Of a stretch of 46,411 nucleotides of DNA, positions 1 to 9,058 are shown piece by piece. Source of the DNA: a virus. The first letter of the stretch is position 1. Every line of letters begins with the position of its first letter. The notes beneath the pieces are model-generated. The model searched no databases. It saw only the letters and a program-made list of their open reading frames with translations, and was not told the DNA's origin. The DNA is taken from the IMG/VR virus record IMGVR_UViG_3300045988_156631. One strand, given 5' to 3'. A program made the translations under genes and the position numbers.

Positions 1-55
1 ACAGTTCTTTTTTTACTCCGGATACGGAGAGATATTTTCTCAGGATATTATATGC
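1..55. repeat. 55-nt terminal direct repeat, identical to 46357..46411 (circular-contig overlap)
   Basis: The first 55 nt (acagttcttttttt...ggatattatatgc) recur exactly as the last 55 nt. The tnpB reading frame is continuous across the join. Confidence 0.95.
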
Positions 56-1210
56 ACCGACAGCATCCGCATTATAATTCTGGCTTCCATCTCTGTATAG
101 CCCCCTCTGTTTTCGCTTGCACGGCTCTGCATATTTTCTTCCCACCTCCGGTGACAGCGGACTACACTGACTGGTATAACTTTCTTCCTGCCTTACAAAG
201 CGGATCCCATACAGCTTCAGCTTATATTCCAGCATGAGATAGATCCTGTTATAAGGCAGACTGTGGAACTTCTGGTTTGTTCTGCGTCCCAGGTCTTTTT
301 CTTTCCGGATATTCCGGATATCCCCTGCAACGACACAGGTGACTCCCTGTTCCCGGCAATATTCTGCAAGATATCTTGTCACCTTATGCAGATAGTCTGT
401 TACAGAGTTTTGTTTTCTCTTATATAACTTCCTGATATGTTTTGATGTTACCGGATGCTTTACTCCCTTTTTGGACTGTTGCCCATACCACTGGGCCTGC
501 ACCCTTGCGATCTCTTTCTGGAAATATCTTTCTATTTCAAGGTATTTTCTGCCCAGGATAAATGTCTTCCCATTTCCGGAATCATAACACGTCATAAGGT
601 TATGAAGCCCCAGATCAATCGCCAGCTCATGTCCATTCTGTGGAAGTTCTTCCGGATCAGGAACCTCATAAACAACGATCAGGTTACAGATCCCTTTCTC
701 CGGCGGGTAGATCCGCAGCTGTTTGATCTGATCCATGTCCCTGAAAATCTTATTTTCAAGAAAAAGAAAGTTTTCATGGATCTGATACGTTCCTTCCATA
801 TATTTTTTTAATGCCTTTGGAAGGGACAGGCGGACTTTCTCCGTATCCCGCTCATGCACGATCCCCATCTGCATATAGGTAATGGGAATCCCATCCTGCT
901 TAAACCGCGGCGGTCTGGGCGACTCAATTCCACCGGACCTTTTCAAGGCATAAAAAGACTTCCATGCCTTATCCAGCAGCTTGCAGACTTCCTGGGCAGT
1001 CTGGGACGGGAGCTGTTTATACCACAGATCTTCTTTATGGGCTTTTTTCTGATAATACCAGTCCGGATATTGCCCCAGCCCTGTTTCTTTGTAATGCTGG
1101 CGCTCATAATTACAGACATTCCAGAGCTTGGATGCTGCGTAGCACATATGTCCGATGAGATTCGCATATTCACAGCTGATCTTTATGGATGTTTTCTTTG
1201 ACAGCAGCAT
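1..1210 (-). CDS. tnpB: TnpB (IS605 OrfB-type RNA-guided nuclease), first 403 codons. The ORF runs off the window start and continues at 46310..46356 (418 aa in total).
   Basis: Own translation from ATG at 1210, with RBS ggaggag upstream: MLLSKKTSIKISCEYANLIGHMCYAASKLWNVCNYERQHY... The RuvC triad is visible: D in LAIDLGLHN, E in VRQEESYTSQ, D in NYNADAVGAYNI. It is missing from the ORF track only because no stop codon lies inside the window start. It sits directly downstream of tnpA. Confidence 0.85.
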   Translation of the reverse strand, partial: MLLSKKTSIKISCEYANLIGHMCYAASKLWNVCNYERQHYKETGLGQYPDWYYQKKAHKEDLWYKQLPSQTAQEVCKLLDKAWKSFYALKRSGGIESPRPPRFKQDGIPITYMQMGIVHERDTEKVRLSLPKALKKYMEGTYQIHENFLFLENKIFRDMDQIKQLRIYPPEKGICNLIVVYEVPDPEELPQNGHELAIDLGLHNLMTCYDSGNGKTFILGRKYLEIERYFQKEIARVQAQWYGQQSKKGVKHPVTSKHIRKLYKRKQNSVTDYLHKVTRYLAEYCREQGVTCVVAGDIRNIRKEKDLGRRTNQKFHSLPYNRIYLMLEYKLKLYGIRFVRQEESYTSQCSPLSPEVGRKYAEPCKRKQRGLYRDGSQNYNADAVGAYNILRKYLSVSGVKKEL

Positions 1211-1228
1211 TTCCTCTCCTCCATAGTA

Positions 1229-1639
1229 TCAGTAAGCTTTGCTCTGATGTTCGATGTACCTGCGGATATTTTCTTCCGATACCGATCCGACCGTTTCCAC
1301 ATAATAGGAATGATTCCACAGCTCTCCTTTCCACAGCTGGTTTCTTATTTCCGGAAAACGTTCGAACAGCTTCCTGCCAGTGATCCCCTTCAGATATTTC
1401 ACGATCGCAGTTATGGATAATTTCGGAGGGGCTGATACAAAACAGTGGACATAATCTCCCTCACCACATTCAAACAAATGAACGGTAAATCCCTTATCCT
1501 CCGCAATCTCCTGTACCAGTTTCTGAAGATATGCTTCAATCTCTGCATTTAATATCTTCCGCCGGTATTTTACTGACCATACCATATGGTAATTAATATT
1601 GCACACGCAAGTGCGGTAATGTTTAAGATTTTCTTTCAT
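1229..1639 (-). CDS. tnpA: IS200/IS605 Y1 (HUH) transposase TnpA, full length
   Basis: 136 aa. The N-terminal YHMVWSVKYRRKIL motif, the HUH-like YVHCFV motif, and LKGITGRKLF...LWNHSYYVETVGSVSEENIRRYIEHQ are all typical of IS200-type TnpA. Confidence 0.9.
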   Translation of the reverse strand: MKENLKHYRTCVCNINYHMVWSVKYRRKILNAEIEAYLQKLVQEIAEDKGFTVHLFECGEGDYVHCFVSAPPKLSITAIVKYLKGITGRKLFERFPEIRNQLWKGELWNHSYYVETVGSVSEENIRRYIEHQSKAY

Positions 1640-1807
1640 ACATATAGTATATCATAACGTGAATAATGTTGCAATAAGATATCGAACATATTTTCTCTTT
1701 ACAAAGCTGGATACAGCTGCTTTAGAACATATATTTCTTATTTATCATGTGCAGATATGCACAGTTTTCGCTTTCATCTCGGCAATTGAATTACCGAGGA
1801 TTCCCGC

Positions 1808-1942
1808 TTATTTTCCTAAAAGCACTTCCTTTGGTACTGTCCAATCCGGCGCCAATCCCTCAACGTTCATATGAATATCATAGCATATAGCGTTATCAAT
1901 CTGCTTTTTTAATATCGGACATATGACTGTTCTTTCCTGCAT
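1808..1942 (-). CDS. small hypothetical protein (44 aa)
   Basis: Own translation: MQERTVICPILKKQIDNAICYDIHMNVEGLAPDWTVPKEVLLGK. RBS aggagcgaact lies before the ATG at 1942. Too short to appear in the ORF track. Confidence 0.35.
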   Translation of the reverse strand: MQERTVICPILKKQIDNAICYDIHMNVEGLAPDWTVPKEVLLGK

Positions 1943-1951
1943 AGTTCGCTC

Positions 1952-2119
1952 CTAACTCCGAACTACTCTTTCAATGTCATCAATGGTCACATCAATTGTG
2001 TCCCAGTCGTCAGGCGAATCACCTACATCTGCGAGAAAATGTGTATCATCTAATACTTCGACAATCGCTGCTTTACGGCCATCTTTTAAAAGCACTGTGT
2101 CAAATTCCTTTATCTGCAT
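1952..2119 (-). CDS. DUF4926-like small protein (55 aa), candidate immunity/partner of the MuF C-terminal domain
   Basis: Own translation: MQIKEFDTVLLKDGRKAAIVEVLDDTHFLADVGDSPDDWDTIDVTIDDIERVVRS. The ATG at 2119 directly abuts the TAA stop of the MuF gene (2120..2122). The SH3-like pattern resembles DUF4926, recalled from memory. Confidence 0.55.
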   Translation of the reverse strand: MQIKEFDTVLLKDGRKAAIVEVLDDTHFLADVGDSPDDWDTIDVTIDDIERVVRS

Positions 2120-3697
2120 TTACTTCATCTCCTTAATATACGCACTGGTCAGTTTTGTTGTACCATCGGTATTTTTTAGCCATGCTACAATTACATTTGC
2201 GGGTGTTCCCTTTTTGCCATAAAGTATCATCTTCTGGACATATCTATCACCATATCCGTTATTGTCAACATACTGTGCCGGATATTTCATAGCTCCCTGT
2301 TTCAATACTTCCTGAAGTTCCTGCCAATTCTCCGCCCCATATCCCAAGCGATTCGTAAAGGCTCTGCCCTTAGGATACCCCTTCTCGCTTTTTTCATCAA
2401 ACAAATATTTCGTAAACTTAGGCTCTGGCAAAATAGCGTTTTCTGCATTCGGCAGCTTCAGCTCTGGACGTTCCAGAAGTTCATGTCGTCTCTGATAGTC
2501 GAGTTTCATAAACTTCCACTTTTCGGGTTCATTATACTTCAAATTCTGAAAATCTGCAAAACTTTTCGGCATGTCATCCTCAAGGATTTCTCTATACTGT
2601 TCAAACTGTTTCTGATCAGATGAAGTATTCTTAGATGCTTTTGCCTGCGCTTCAGCCTCTATATTTCCTTCTACATATTTCGCATACCATTCCCGATAGT
2701 TCATAGATGCCGGAACCAGATAGGTTTTCCCCGTCACAGGATCCCGGGCTCTTCTCTGCATCCGCTGAAAAGCTTCTTCCGATACCACCGCCACGGTTGT
2801 TGATCTGCACCAGGGATGCATCGGCGGGCAATTCTTTCCGGGCTTTGCCTCAGACACAAGAAATACCTTCCCATCCAGCTCCCGGCAGATCTCCGACGTC
2901 CGGAGATCCAGCGTTGCCAGATACCGGTATTTCTCGATGCCACATTCTTTGTATGACTGCATTTCAATCTGATTAGAAAGATAGCAGCTCTCTGTCCGGA
3001 TCAGCCTCCGGGCATTACTGGCTCCCTGGGCAAATTTCTTCGCCAGGATATCCGCGGCTTCCCTCTCCGTGCGCCCTGTGACAAGATCTACCAGAAGTTC
3101 TTCTTTGAGATCCTCTGCTAGCTTCTGCGTGTTTCCCCAGATTCTGGTGGAATAGTTCCGGCCAGACCACTGGCTGTTCACGGCCTTATCTATTTGTTTC
3201 TGGTCAACATGGACAAAAGAAAAGCCCAGACCTACACGCTTCTGAATGTTGTAAACCGAATGATAATAGGCTTTTTCCGCCAATCCCGTGTAACGTCTGG
3301 TGCTGATTTTCTTTTCCTGTCGGTAGATATTCTGCATAATCAGATCTATTTGCTCCTGCAGAGCCTCAAGCCGCTGGATCCTTGCCTGATATGCCGGAGC
3401 TTCGACTTCCCGGAGAAATTTTTTTCTTTCTTCTGTCTGCTCCGCCGCCTGGAGCTTTTGCAGGAGTTCCCGGATGGATGTCTTATCATACAGCCGGCCG
3501 ATTAGTTCCTTCGCTTCTTTTTCCGTCAAGCCATGCTTCGTCATATATTTTGTAAAAATCCCGTCGATGGCTTTTTGCAGGTATCTCGTTGAATTGAAAT
3601 ATAACTTTGCCACCTCATCCGCAGTCTTTTCTGCGTCCTGCATGTAGTTCCACATCTGTTGTGCGGCACGGTCAGCCCAGTATTTTTCACTCTTCAT
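2120..3697 (-). CDS. Head morphogenesis protein (SPP1 gp7 / Phage_Mu_F family) with an extra C-terminal DUF6883-like domain (about 2123..2431)
   Basis: 525 aa, immediately downstream of the portal gene. The MuF core shows ...RLIRTESCYLSNQIEMQSYKECGIEKYRYLATLDLRTSEICRELDGKVF...PPMHPWCRST. The last ~103 aa are LPEPKFTKYLFDEKSEKGYPKGRAF...VIVAWLKNTDGTTKLTSAYIKE. Confidence 0.85.
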   Translation of the reverse strand: MKSEKYWADRAAQQMWNYMQDAEKTADEVAKLYFNSTRYLQKAIDGIFTKYMTKHGLTEKEAKELIGRLYDKTSIRELLQKLQAAEQTEERKKFLREVEAPAYQARIQRLEALQEQIDLIMQNIYRQEKKISTRRYTGLAEKAYYHSVYNIQKRVGLGFSFVHVDQKQIDKAVNSQWSGRNYSTRIWGNTQKLAEDLKEELLVDLVTGRTEREAADILAKKFAQGASNARRLIRTESCYLSNQIEMQSYKECGIEKYRYLATLDLRTSEICRELDGKVFLVSEAKPGKNCPPMHPWCRSTTVAVVSEEAFQRMQRRARDPVTGKTYLVPASMNYREWYAKYVEGNIEAEAQAKASKNTSSDQKQFEQYREILEDDMPKSFADFQNLKYNEPEKWKFMKLDYQRRHELLERPELKLPNAENAILPEPKFTKYLFDEKSEKGYPKGRAFTNRLGYGAENWQELQEVLKQGAMKYPAQYVDNNGYGDRYVQKMILYGKKGTPANVIVAWLKNTDGTTKLTSAYIKEMK

Positions 3698-5090
3698 CTA
3701 CATCACTTTCCGATAGTTTTCCGGTATCCGGTGGCGTATTCGGCTCATTTCCAAAAATCTCTTTCTGCTGTTCCAAAGCTTCCTGCTCTTCTTTTTCCAC
3801 GGCTTTCAGCTCTTCTTCCACATCATCCACGAAGGGTACCTGTGCAAGCAGCGTCTTCCGGCTGACTTTGCCCCACAGGTTTGTGACAATCTGAGAGATT
3901 TCCAGAAGGTTTTTCGGCATCGCCCGGGAAAAGACCGGAGTGATGGCTGCCGGTTCTATGTAGATTCCTTTGTTTGCCAGGCAAGTGGTAAGGATCCGGA
4001 TCCGCTTCCGCAGACCCTTCTTGTAGTACCGGGTTTTGATCTTCGTGATGTTCTCCATTCCCAGCAGTTTGAATTCCATCGCTACGCCGGAAACGTTGCC
4101 TCCAAAGTTTTCATCTGTCATGCAGGGGATGTGGCTGAACTTGTGGATATCCTGCTCCAGAGCCTTTTTCAAGATCTCCACGCCGCTCTCATCGAAGGTA
4201 CGTGTGAGGTATTCTGCCTTCGCATCTGCCGGAAGTTCCAGCAACTTCTCCTTTTTGAGGTGCTTCATCGCCTCTTCCCCGCCTTTTCCGTCTCCTGCTT
4301 CCATATCTTCATCAGACAGAAGGGCGCCGTAAAGAGCTAGGATGGAATCAATGAACTGTTCCTTATCGGTGACTCGGTCGCTCATCAAGGCATTGTAGGC
4401 ATCAATCAGTGGAATCTGGAGTTCAAAATCACCAATTCCCAGCTTATTATTGAGATACTCAACGATCGGTACCTCACCCTTGAAATGTGCTTCCGGTTCC
4501 TCCAGGAGAGCCTGTGGGCCTTTGATCTCTTCGATATTCAGCACATACTTATAGTTCTTCGTCAGCACCGTGGCCACATAGGTTCTCGGCCGTTGATCGG
4601 AATCATCGAGCCGTACATAGTAGTAGACGCCGAACAATTCTTTCTGTTCGATCGTGTCATCATAGACTATAAATGTGTGTTCTGGAGGAAGGTTTTTGAT
4701 AATCTGCTCTGTCCCGTCCTGCTCAGTGTAGATGTACTCATAGGCCCTGCCGTAGATTGATAGATCCAGCCCGTTGTCACCGTCCGCCTCATCAGCCCCG
4801 GCATTCTCCAGAGCATCGAGAAGATAGTTGATATCCTGGTCAGATTTGTATACTACCGGTTCCCCGATGAAGTAAGAGCTGGCTGTGTCTGTGATATCCT
4901 TCGCATGATTGCAGACCAGACGGTTTTCCCGGCTTTCTTCATTCAAAATCTCATGCCTGCCCTCATAATAGTTTTTCAGGCGCTTGAGCCGATCCACGCA
5001 GGCCCGGTGCTTGTGAATCAAATGTAAAATAGCCTGCTTGTCTGGATTCAATTCATCCCAGGCATCCGCAGGCATCATAAATACATGCAT
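3687..5090 (-). CDS. Portal protein (SPP1 gp6-like)
   Basis: 467 aa. Sits between terL and MuF, has a strong RBS aaggaggtg, and ends in an acidic C-terminal tail. Confidence 0.9.
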   Translation of the reverse strand: MHVFMMPADAWDELNPDKQAILHLIHKHRACVDRLKRLKNYYEGRHEILNEESRENRLVCNHAKDITDTASSYFIGEPVVYKSDQDINYLLDALENAGADEADGDNGLDLSIYGRAYEYIYTEQDGTEQIIKNLPPEHTFIVYDDTIEQKELFGVYYYVRLDDSDQRPRTYVATVLTKNYKYVLNIEEIKGPQALLEEPEAHFKGEVPIVEYLNNKLGIGDFELQIPLIDAYNALMSDRVTDKEQFIDSILALYGALLSDEDMEAGDGKGGEEAMKHLKKEKLLELPADAKAEYLTRTFDESGVEILKKALEQDIHKFSHIPCMTDENFGGNVSGVAMEFKLLGMENITKIKTRYYKKGLRKRIRILTTCLANKGIYIEPAAITPVFSRAMPKNLLEISQIVTNLWGKVSRKTLLAQVPFVDDVEEELKAVEKEEQEALEQQKEIFGNEPNTPPDTGKLSESDVDEE

Positions 5091-5104
5091 ATATTCTCAC
5101 CTCC

Positions 5105-6472
5105 TTAATGGAATCCGGCTTTATTTTTGTTCCGAATAATAGCTTTCTGGTCGTTTAGTACGGTGTATGCAAAGTAGCGTAATGCATCCATGCAGTGATC
5201 ATTGAGTTTGACGGGCTTATCTATGCCACTTTCGGCTGCCTTTTCGTCCCAAACGTATGACGCAAACTCTTTGATGGTGTTCTGACACTCATCGGAGAAC
5301 AGCAATTTTCCCTGATTCAGCTTTGTTCCTACAACACGAATGCCGTCTTCCACCTCGTTTTTTGCTTTCAGTACAGAAATACCTCTCTTCCGCAGTTCTG
5401 CAATAAAAGACGCCGCCGACGGGTCCACAATCATATACCGGATTTTTGTTCCGTTCAGCCATTCTTCCAGGTCGTCTGCATACTCACGGTCTGTTTTCTG
5501 TCTGGCGTTATCTCGACCAGAGTAGTAATATTCCCGGATGCAGTACCAGATCCCGTCAGTTCCCTTGCTCCACAGTAGGAACACAGTGGCGTTCTGGGTA
5601 CCGTAGTCGCAGCTCACATACCGTCCCGAAGGAAGAAGCTTTTCTTCAAATGACGCCAGCTGTTTGACGTGCTTTTCTACATCGAACATATCGTAGATGA
5701 TTCCCTCAGCCATGCACCATAAGCCTTGTATATATCGCTTGTAGAACACGCCGGAATACATCCCGCGATATCTTTCTTTCACCTTCGGAGACAGGCTCAA
5801 GTTGTCGTCCATTGTGAAATGAAGGTACAGGATTTTCTTCAATCCTGACGGCTTATGGTCTTCCGCTGCCTGTTTTTCAATCTCGGCAGTTTTCTTTTTC
5901 CCAAGGTAGCCAACAGACTTATTGATCCAATCCTGCTTAAACCAATGGTAGGGGCCGTCCGGATTGCAATTCCACCAGAACTTTGAACCCTCGACGGAAC
6001 AACGGCCGGTCGCCTGGTTCACGAAGGACTCCGGCATCAACGCAACTTCATCGAAGAATACGCCGGCTAAGGTAATGCCCTGGATCAGATCCTGTGAACG
6101 CTCATCCTTACCGCCGAAAATGTAGAAGTAGTTCTCCGTATCTCCGCGGGAAATCACTACAAGGTTATCCGCCCGATGATCCGTGACGGTATAACCGCGG
6201 GATTTCAGCATCAACTTGAGCCAGAACAAAACATTACGCCGGAAAGAACCGATAGTTTTTCCGCACATGGCAAAGTTCTGGCCAGAGAAGCTGCTCATTG
6301 CCCAGAGAACAAAGGACAGTGACATGCTGACAGTTTTACCCGAACGGATTGCTCCGTCCGCTATGATGCCGTCATAATCCCGCACAGGTGAGCCTTCACA
6401 CCACCAATTCAGAACCTTCCTCTGTTTTTGTGAGAAAGGCTGGAAATGGAAATACTGCTTAACTTTCTTCAT
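5105..6472 (-). CDS. terL: Terminase large subunit (PBSX/XtmB-like)
   Basis: 455 aa. Walker A is DGAIRSGKT. A nuclease half is present (...VDPSAASFI...DHCMDALRYF). Overlaps the terS stop. Confidence 0.92.
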   Translation of the reverse strand: MKKVKQYFHFQPFSQKQRKVLNWWCEGSPVRDYDGIIADGAIRSGKTVSMSLSFVLWAMSSFSGQNFAMCGKTIGSFRRNVLFWLKLMLKSRGYTVTDHRADNLVVISRGDTENYFYIFGGKDERSQDLIQGITLAGVFFDEVALMPESFVNQATGRCSVEGSKFWWNCNPDGPYHWFKQDWINKSVGYLGKKKTAEIEKQAAEDHKPSGLKKILYLHFTMDDNLSLSPKVKERYRGMYSGVFYKRYIQGLWCMAEGIIYDMFDVEKHVKQLASFEEKLLPSGRYVSCDYGTQNATVFLLWSKGTDGIWYCIREYYYSGRDNARQKTDREYADDLEEWLNGTKIRYMIVDPSAASFIAELRKRGISVLKAKNEVEDGIRVVGTKLNQGKLLFSDECQNTIKEFASYVWDEKAAESGIDKPVKLNDHCMDALRYFAYTVLNDQKAIIRNKNKAGFH

Positions 6473-7367
6473 CGGACCAATCCTCCGCCACGGTTCCTTT
6501 CAACGCTTCCAGGAAACCATCATCGGCTATTCCTTCTTCATCATCTGCCTGCGTTTTCGCCTTGATCGCTGCCGTCTGTGCCTTGATCTGCTCAACTTTC
6601 GCTTTCTGTTCCTCCGTTGCCATATTCATATGACGAGCCAGCCAATCCAGGGCTTTCATACGGTCCGCCAGCTTGATAGACGCACCATTTTTTCCGTTCT
6701 TGACCTCGGCGATCAGTGTTCCGTCAACCTGTCCGGATTCCTTGAAACGAATGACATTGACTTTCTGCTTCAAGGGAACTTTTTTACCGGTGGCAGGATC
6801 TTCAACCAGAACCGGGCCGAATGTACCGATAACATTTTCCTCTTCCTGTCCGAATTCCACAAAATCTGTGACGTCAGCAAAGGCGATATCCATGTATTTC
6901 TGGAAGATATCAGCCTCATTCAGAAGTTCACGGTTCAGGCGGGATTGTTTAAGACGGTTGATCTCTGCCCGGACATTATCAAATGTCATCATTCGGGAAC
7001 CATTCGTGCGTGCTGCGTATTCATCACACCCATAAGCTTTCTGATATGCCTTTGTAGCATTGAAACAACGACTGTAATAAATACAAAAAAGCCGCTGTTT
7101 ATCGGTTAAATCAGGATTCTTCATAACCTGTTCAACGTCTCTTTCAGCCGCCTTTTTTTCTTCCACCTTTTTATTTTTGGAACGCTCCATACTTTTTTGG
7201 AACGTTCCATTCAGCTTTTTATCCCAGGAGTCCTTGGACTTCCATCCTCTGACTGTCCCAGGTGAAATATTCAGCTGACTTGCAATCTCAGCCAAATCTA
7301 TCTTTCCATCATGCTCTTGGTAAATCTCAAAAGCCTTATTTCGGTTTGGGTCTCTTGCTCTTCCCAA
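6459..7367 (-). CDS. terS: Terminase small subunit
   Basis: 302 aa, TTG start after gagaggtggtga. The N-terminal HTH is IDLAEIASQLNISPGTVRGWKSKDSW. Lies directly upstream of terL. Confidence 0.85.
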   Translation of the reverse strand: MGRARDPNRNKAFEIYQEHDGKIDLAEIASQLNISPGTVRGWKSKDSWDKKLNGTFQKSMERSKNKKVEEKKAAERDVEQVMKNPDLTDKQRLFCIYYSRCFNATKAYQKAYGCDEYAARTNGSRMMTFDNVRAEINRLKQSRLNRELLNEADIFQKYMDIAFADVTDFVEFGQEEENVIGTFGPVLVEDPATGKKVPLKQKVNVIRFKESGQVDGTLIAEVKNGKNGASIKLADRMKALDWLARHMNMATEEQKAKVEQIKAQTAAIKAKTQADDEEGIADDGFLEALKGTVAEDWSDEES

Positions 7368-7409
7368 GTATCACCACCTCTCAATCGTTTTATTTTTGCC
7401 CACAGAAAA

Positions 7410-7429
7410 GGCAGCCCTGAAGGACTGCC
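7410..7429 (-). terminator. Rho-independent terminator hairpin (bidirectional) between IS element B and terS
   Basis: Hairpin ggcagccctgaaggactgcc, with an A-run at 7406..7409 and a T-run at 7430..7434. On the minus strand this is an 8-bp stem followed by ttttct. Confidence 0.6.
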
Positions 7430-7640
7430 TTTTTATATTATAGACCGGTTATATAAGGTTCATCGGAGTGACATGCTCCCACCACTTAAATCTTACGATT
7501 TTGAAGTGGGGGCTTCCTGCTCGATTGCCTTTTAAGGCAAAGCTAAAACAGGCTATCCCCGCGTGTCCCGCGGTTTTGTTTTTTATCTTCATCCGGTTAC
7601 GGATTTTTTTCTTGTGCCGTCAGGCACATTCTTTATAGAT
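7430..7640 (-). ncRNA. Candidate omega RNA / right-end scaffold of TnpB element B
   Basis: About 190 nt of structured sequence lie directly 3' of the tnpB stop. Hairpins on the minus strand are ccgcgggacacgcgg, ccccacttcaaaatcgtaagatttaagtggtggg and ggagcatgtcactcc. The position matches where TnpB guide RNAs are encoded. The exact ends are unknown. Confidence 0.4.
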
Positions 7641-8717
7641 CCTTTTTCCTTCTTCTCGGATATTGACTGCTGCATTCACATCCCGATCCATCCTGTTTCC
7701 ACATTCACAGACATACATTCTGTCCGACAATGCCAGTTCCTTTTTCTTATGTCCACATACACTGCAGATCTTGCTCGATGCAAAATAACGGTCTACCTTT
7801 ATAAGATGTTTCCCGCGCTCTTCCAGTTTGTATCCCAGCATGGACAGAAACTGCCCATACCCGTTATCCTGCACACCTTTCCCAAGATGCAGCCCTCCGG
7901 ACATTCCCTGCAGATTCAGATCTTCCACGCATACTGCATCATATCTTTCAGCAAGCTCCCTGCTGAGTTTATGCTGGAAATCTTTTCTCTGGTTCTTTAT
8001 CTTTTCATGACATAAAGCTACCCTTTTCTTCTGTTTCTGATAGTTCCGGCTTCCTTTTTCACAGTGGGAAAGCTTTCTCTGTTCCCTTGCAAGTTTTTTC
8101 TCTGCTTTTCTGTAAAACATAGGGTACCTGGCTTTTTCTCCTGTAGAAAATACACACATTCCCTGCATGGCAAAATCGATCCCAAGAAATCTCTCTGCCG
8201 CTCTTTTTTCCACTGTTTGGTTCTCACAGCAGAACAAAAGACTTGCAAAATATTTCCCGGATGACTCACGGCTTATCGTTACCGATTTCAGTTGCCAGTC
8301 TGACGGGATCTGGCGGTGAAGTTTTATTTTTATGGCGGACATCTTTGGAAGCTTCAAATGAGTATCCTGCAAAAGGATATTCCCATTTACTGCATTGGTC
8401 GTATAAGAATTTCTTGAATGTTTTTTTGATTTATAGCGGGGAAATCCGCAGGATGGTTCCCGAAAAAACTTCCGGAACGCACTTTCCAGATGCAGCTGCG
8501 CATTCGCCAGGGCAAGGGAGTCCACCTCCTTCAGCCAGGGATATTCCTTCTTATATCCGGCCGGTGTGTTCCTGAGCATCTTTTTTTCTTTCTGGTAATA
8601 GCTGATCTTGTCCGCAAGCATCTGGTTATAGATAAAGCGGCTGCAGCCGATTGTTTTCTCTATCTGAACGCTCTGCTCTTTATCTGGATAGATCCTTATT
8701 TTTATGGCGCGGTTCAT
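7620..8717 (-). CDS. tnpB: TnpB (IS605 OrfB family RNA-guided nuclease), intact
   Basis: MNRAIKIRIYPDKEQ... start; the track ORF begins 9 nt earlier at a GTG. RuvC D is in FLGIDFAMQG, E in VCVEDLNLQ, and D in MDRDVNAAVNI. The zinc finger is CSVCG...CECG. Confidence 0.92.
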   Translation of the reverse strand: MNRAIKIRIYPDKEQSVQIEKTIGCSRFIYNQMLADKISYYQKEKKMLRNTPAGYKKEYPWLKEVDSLALANAQLHLESAFRKFFREPSCGFPRYKSKKHSRNSYTTNAVNGNILLQDTHLKLPKMSAIKIKLHRQIPSDWQLKSVTISRESSGKYFASLLFCCENQTVEKRAAERFLGIDFAMQGMCVFSTGEKARYPMFYRKAEKKLAREQRKLSHCEKGSRNYQKQKKRVALCHEKIKNQRKDFQHKLSRELAERYDAVCVEDLNLQGMSGGLHLGKGVQDNGYGQFLSMLGYKLEERGKHLIKVDRYFASSKICSVCGHKKKELALSDRMYVCECGNRMDRDVNAAVNIREEGKRIYKECA

Positions 8718-8755
8718 TTTTCTCACCCTGGCTTTCTATATACTGCCATATCGTT

Positions 8756-9058
8756 TCAATCGTCGCCCCGCCTGCACGGAGCAGACAGAAGCTTCAGCAG
8801 TCTGCTGCTGGCACTTTTACAGGCATTGATGAATTTACGGAGTTCTGTCTTTGGCTGTGCGCGGAACATCACATGAACATGGTCTGTATCGTGATTCCAT
8901 TCTTCCAGTACGATCCCGTATCCGGGTGCGATATACTCAAAGATCTCTTTTGCTCTTTCGGATATTTTGCCATTCCGTACTTTTCTTCTGTATTTTATAA
9001 CCATCACTAGGTGATAATATACTAGAAATACTGAATGGGAATTATGATCCAATTCCAT
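8756..9058 (-). pseudogene. tnpA: IS200/IS605 tnpA remnant (internal deletion plus frameshift)
   Basis: MELDHNSHSVFLVYYHLVMVIKYRRKV...HDTDHVHVMF...INACKSASSRLLK then goes out of frame (LLSAPCRRGDD*). The expected C-terminus SFCLLRAGGATIETIWQYIESQGEK is readable in another frame at about 8715..8790. Roughly 17 codons in between are missing. Confidence 0.75.

Larger units (their letters stand above)
1..1800 (-). mobile_element. IS200/IS605-family element A (tnpA-tnpB), left-end part. The right end lies at about 46110..46356 across the circular junction. Boundaries are approximate.
   Basis: tnpA (1229..1639) plus tnpB (1210..1, then 46356..46310). Hairpins gtgcagatatgcac (about 1749..1762) and ctcggcaattgaattaccgag (about 1778..1798) lie upstream of tnpA. 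The flanking phage genes are the 44-aa ORF ending at 1808 and the scaffold gene starting at 45823. Confidence 0.6.

Noticed and set aside
455-1201. Plus-strand track ORFs 455..811 (118 aa) and 854..1201 (115 aa)
   Set aside because: They lie antisense to the well-supported tnpB reading frame (1210..1). They have no RBS and an odd composition, so they are shadow ORFs.
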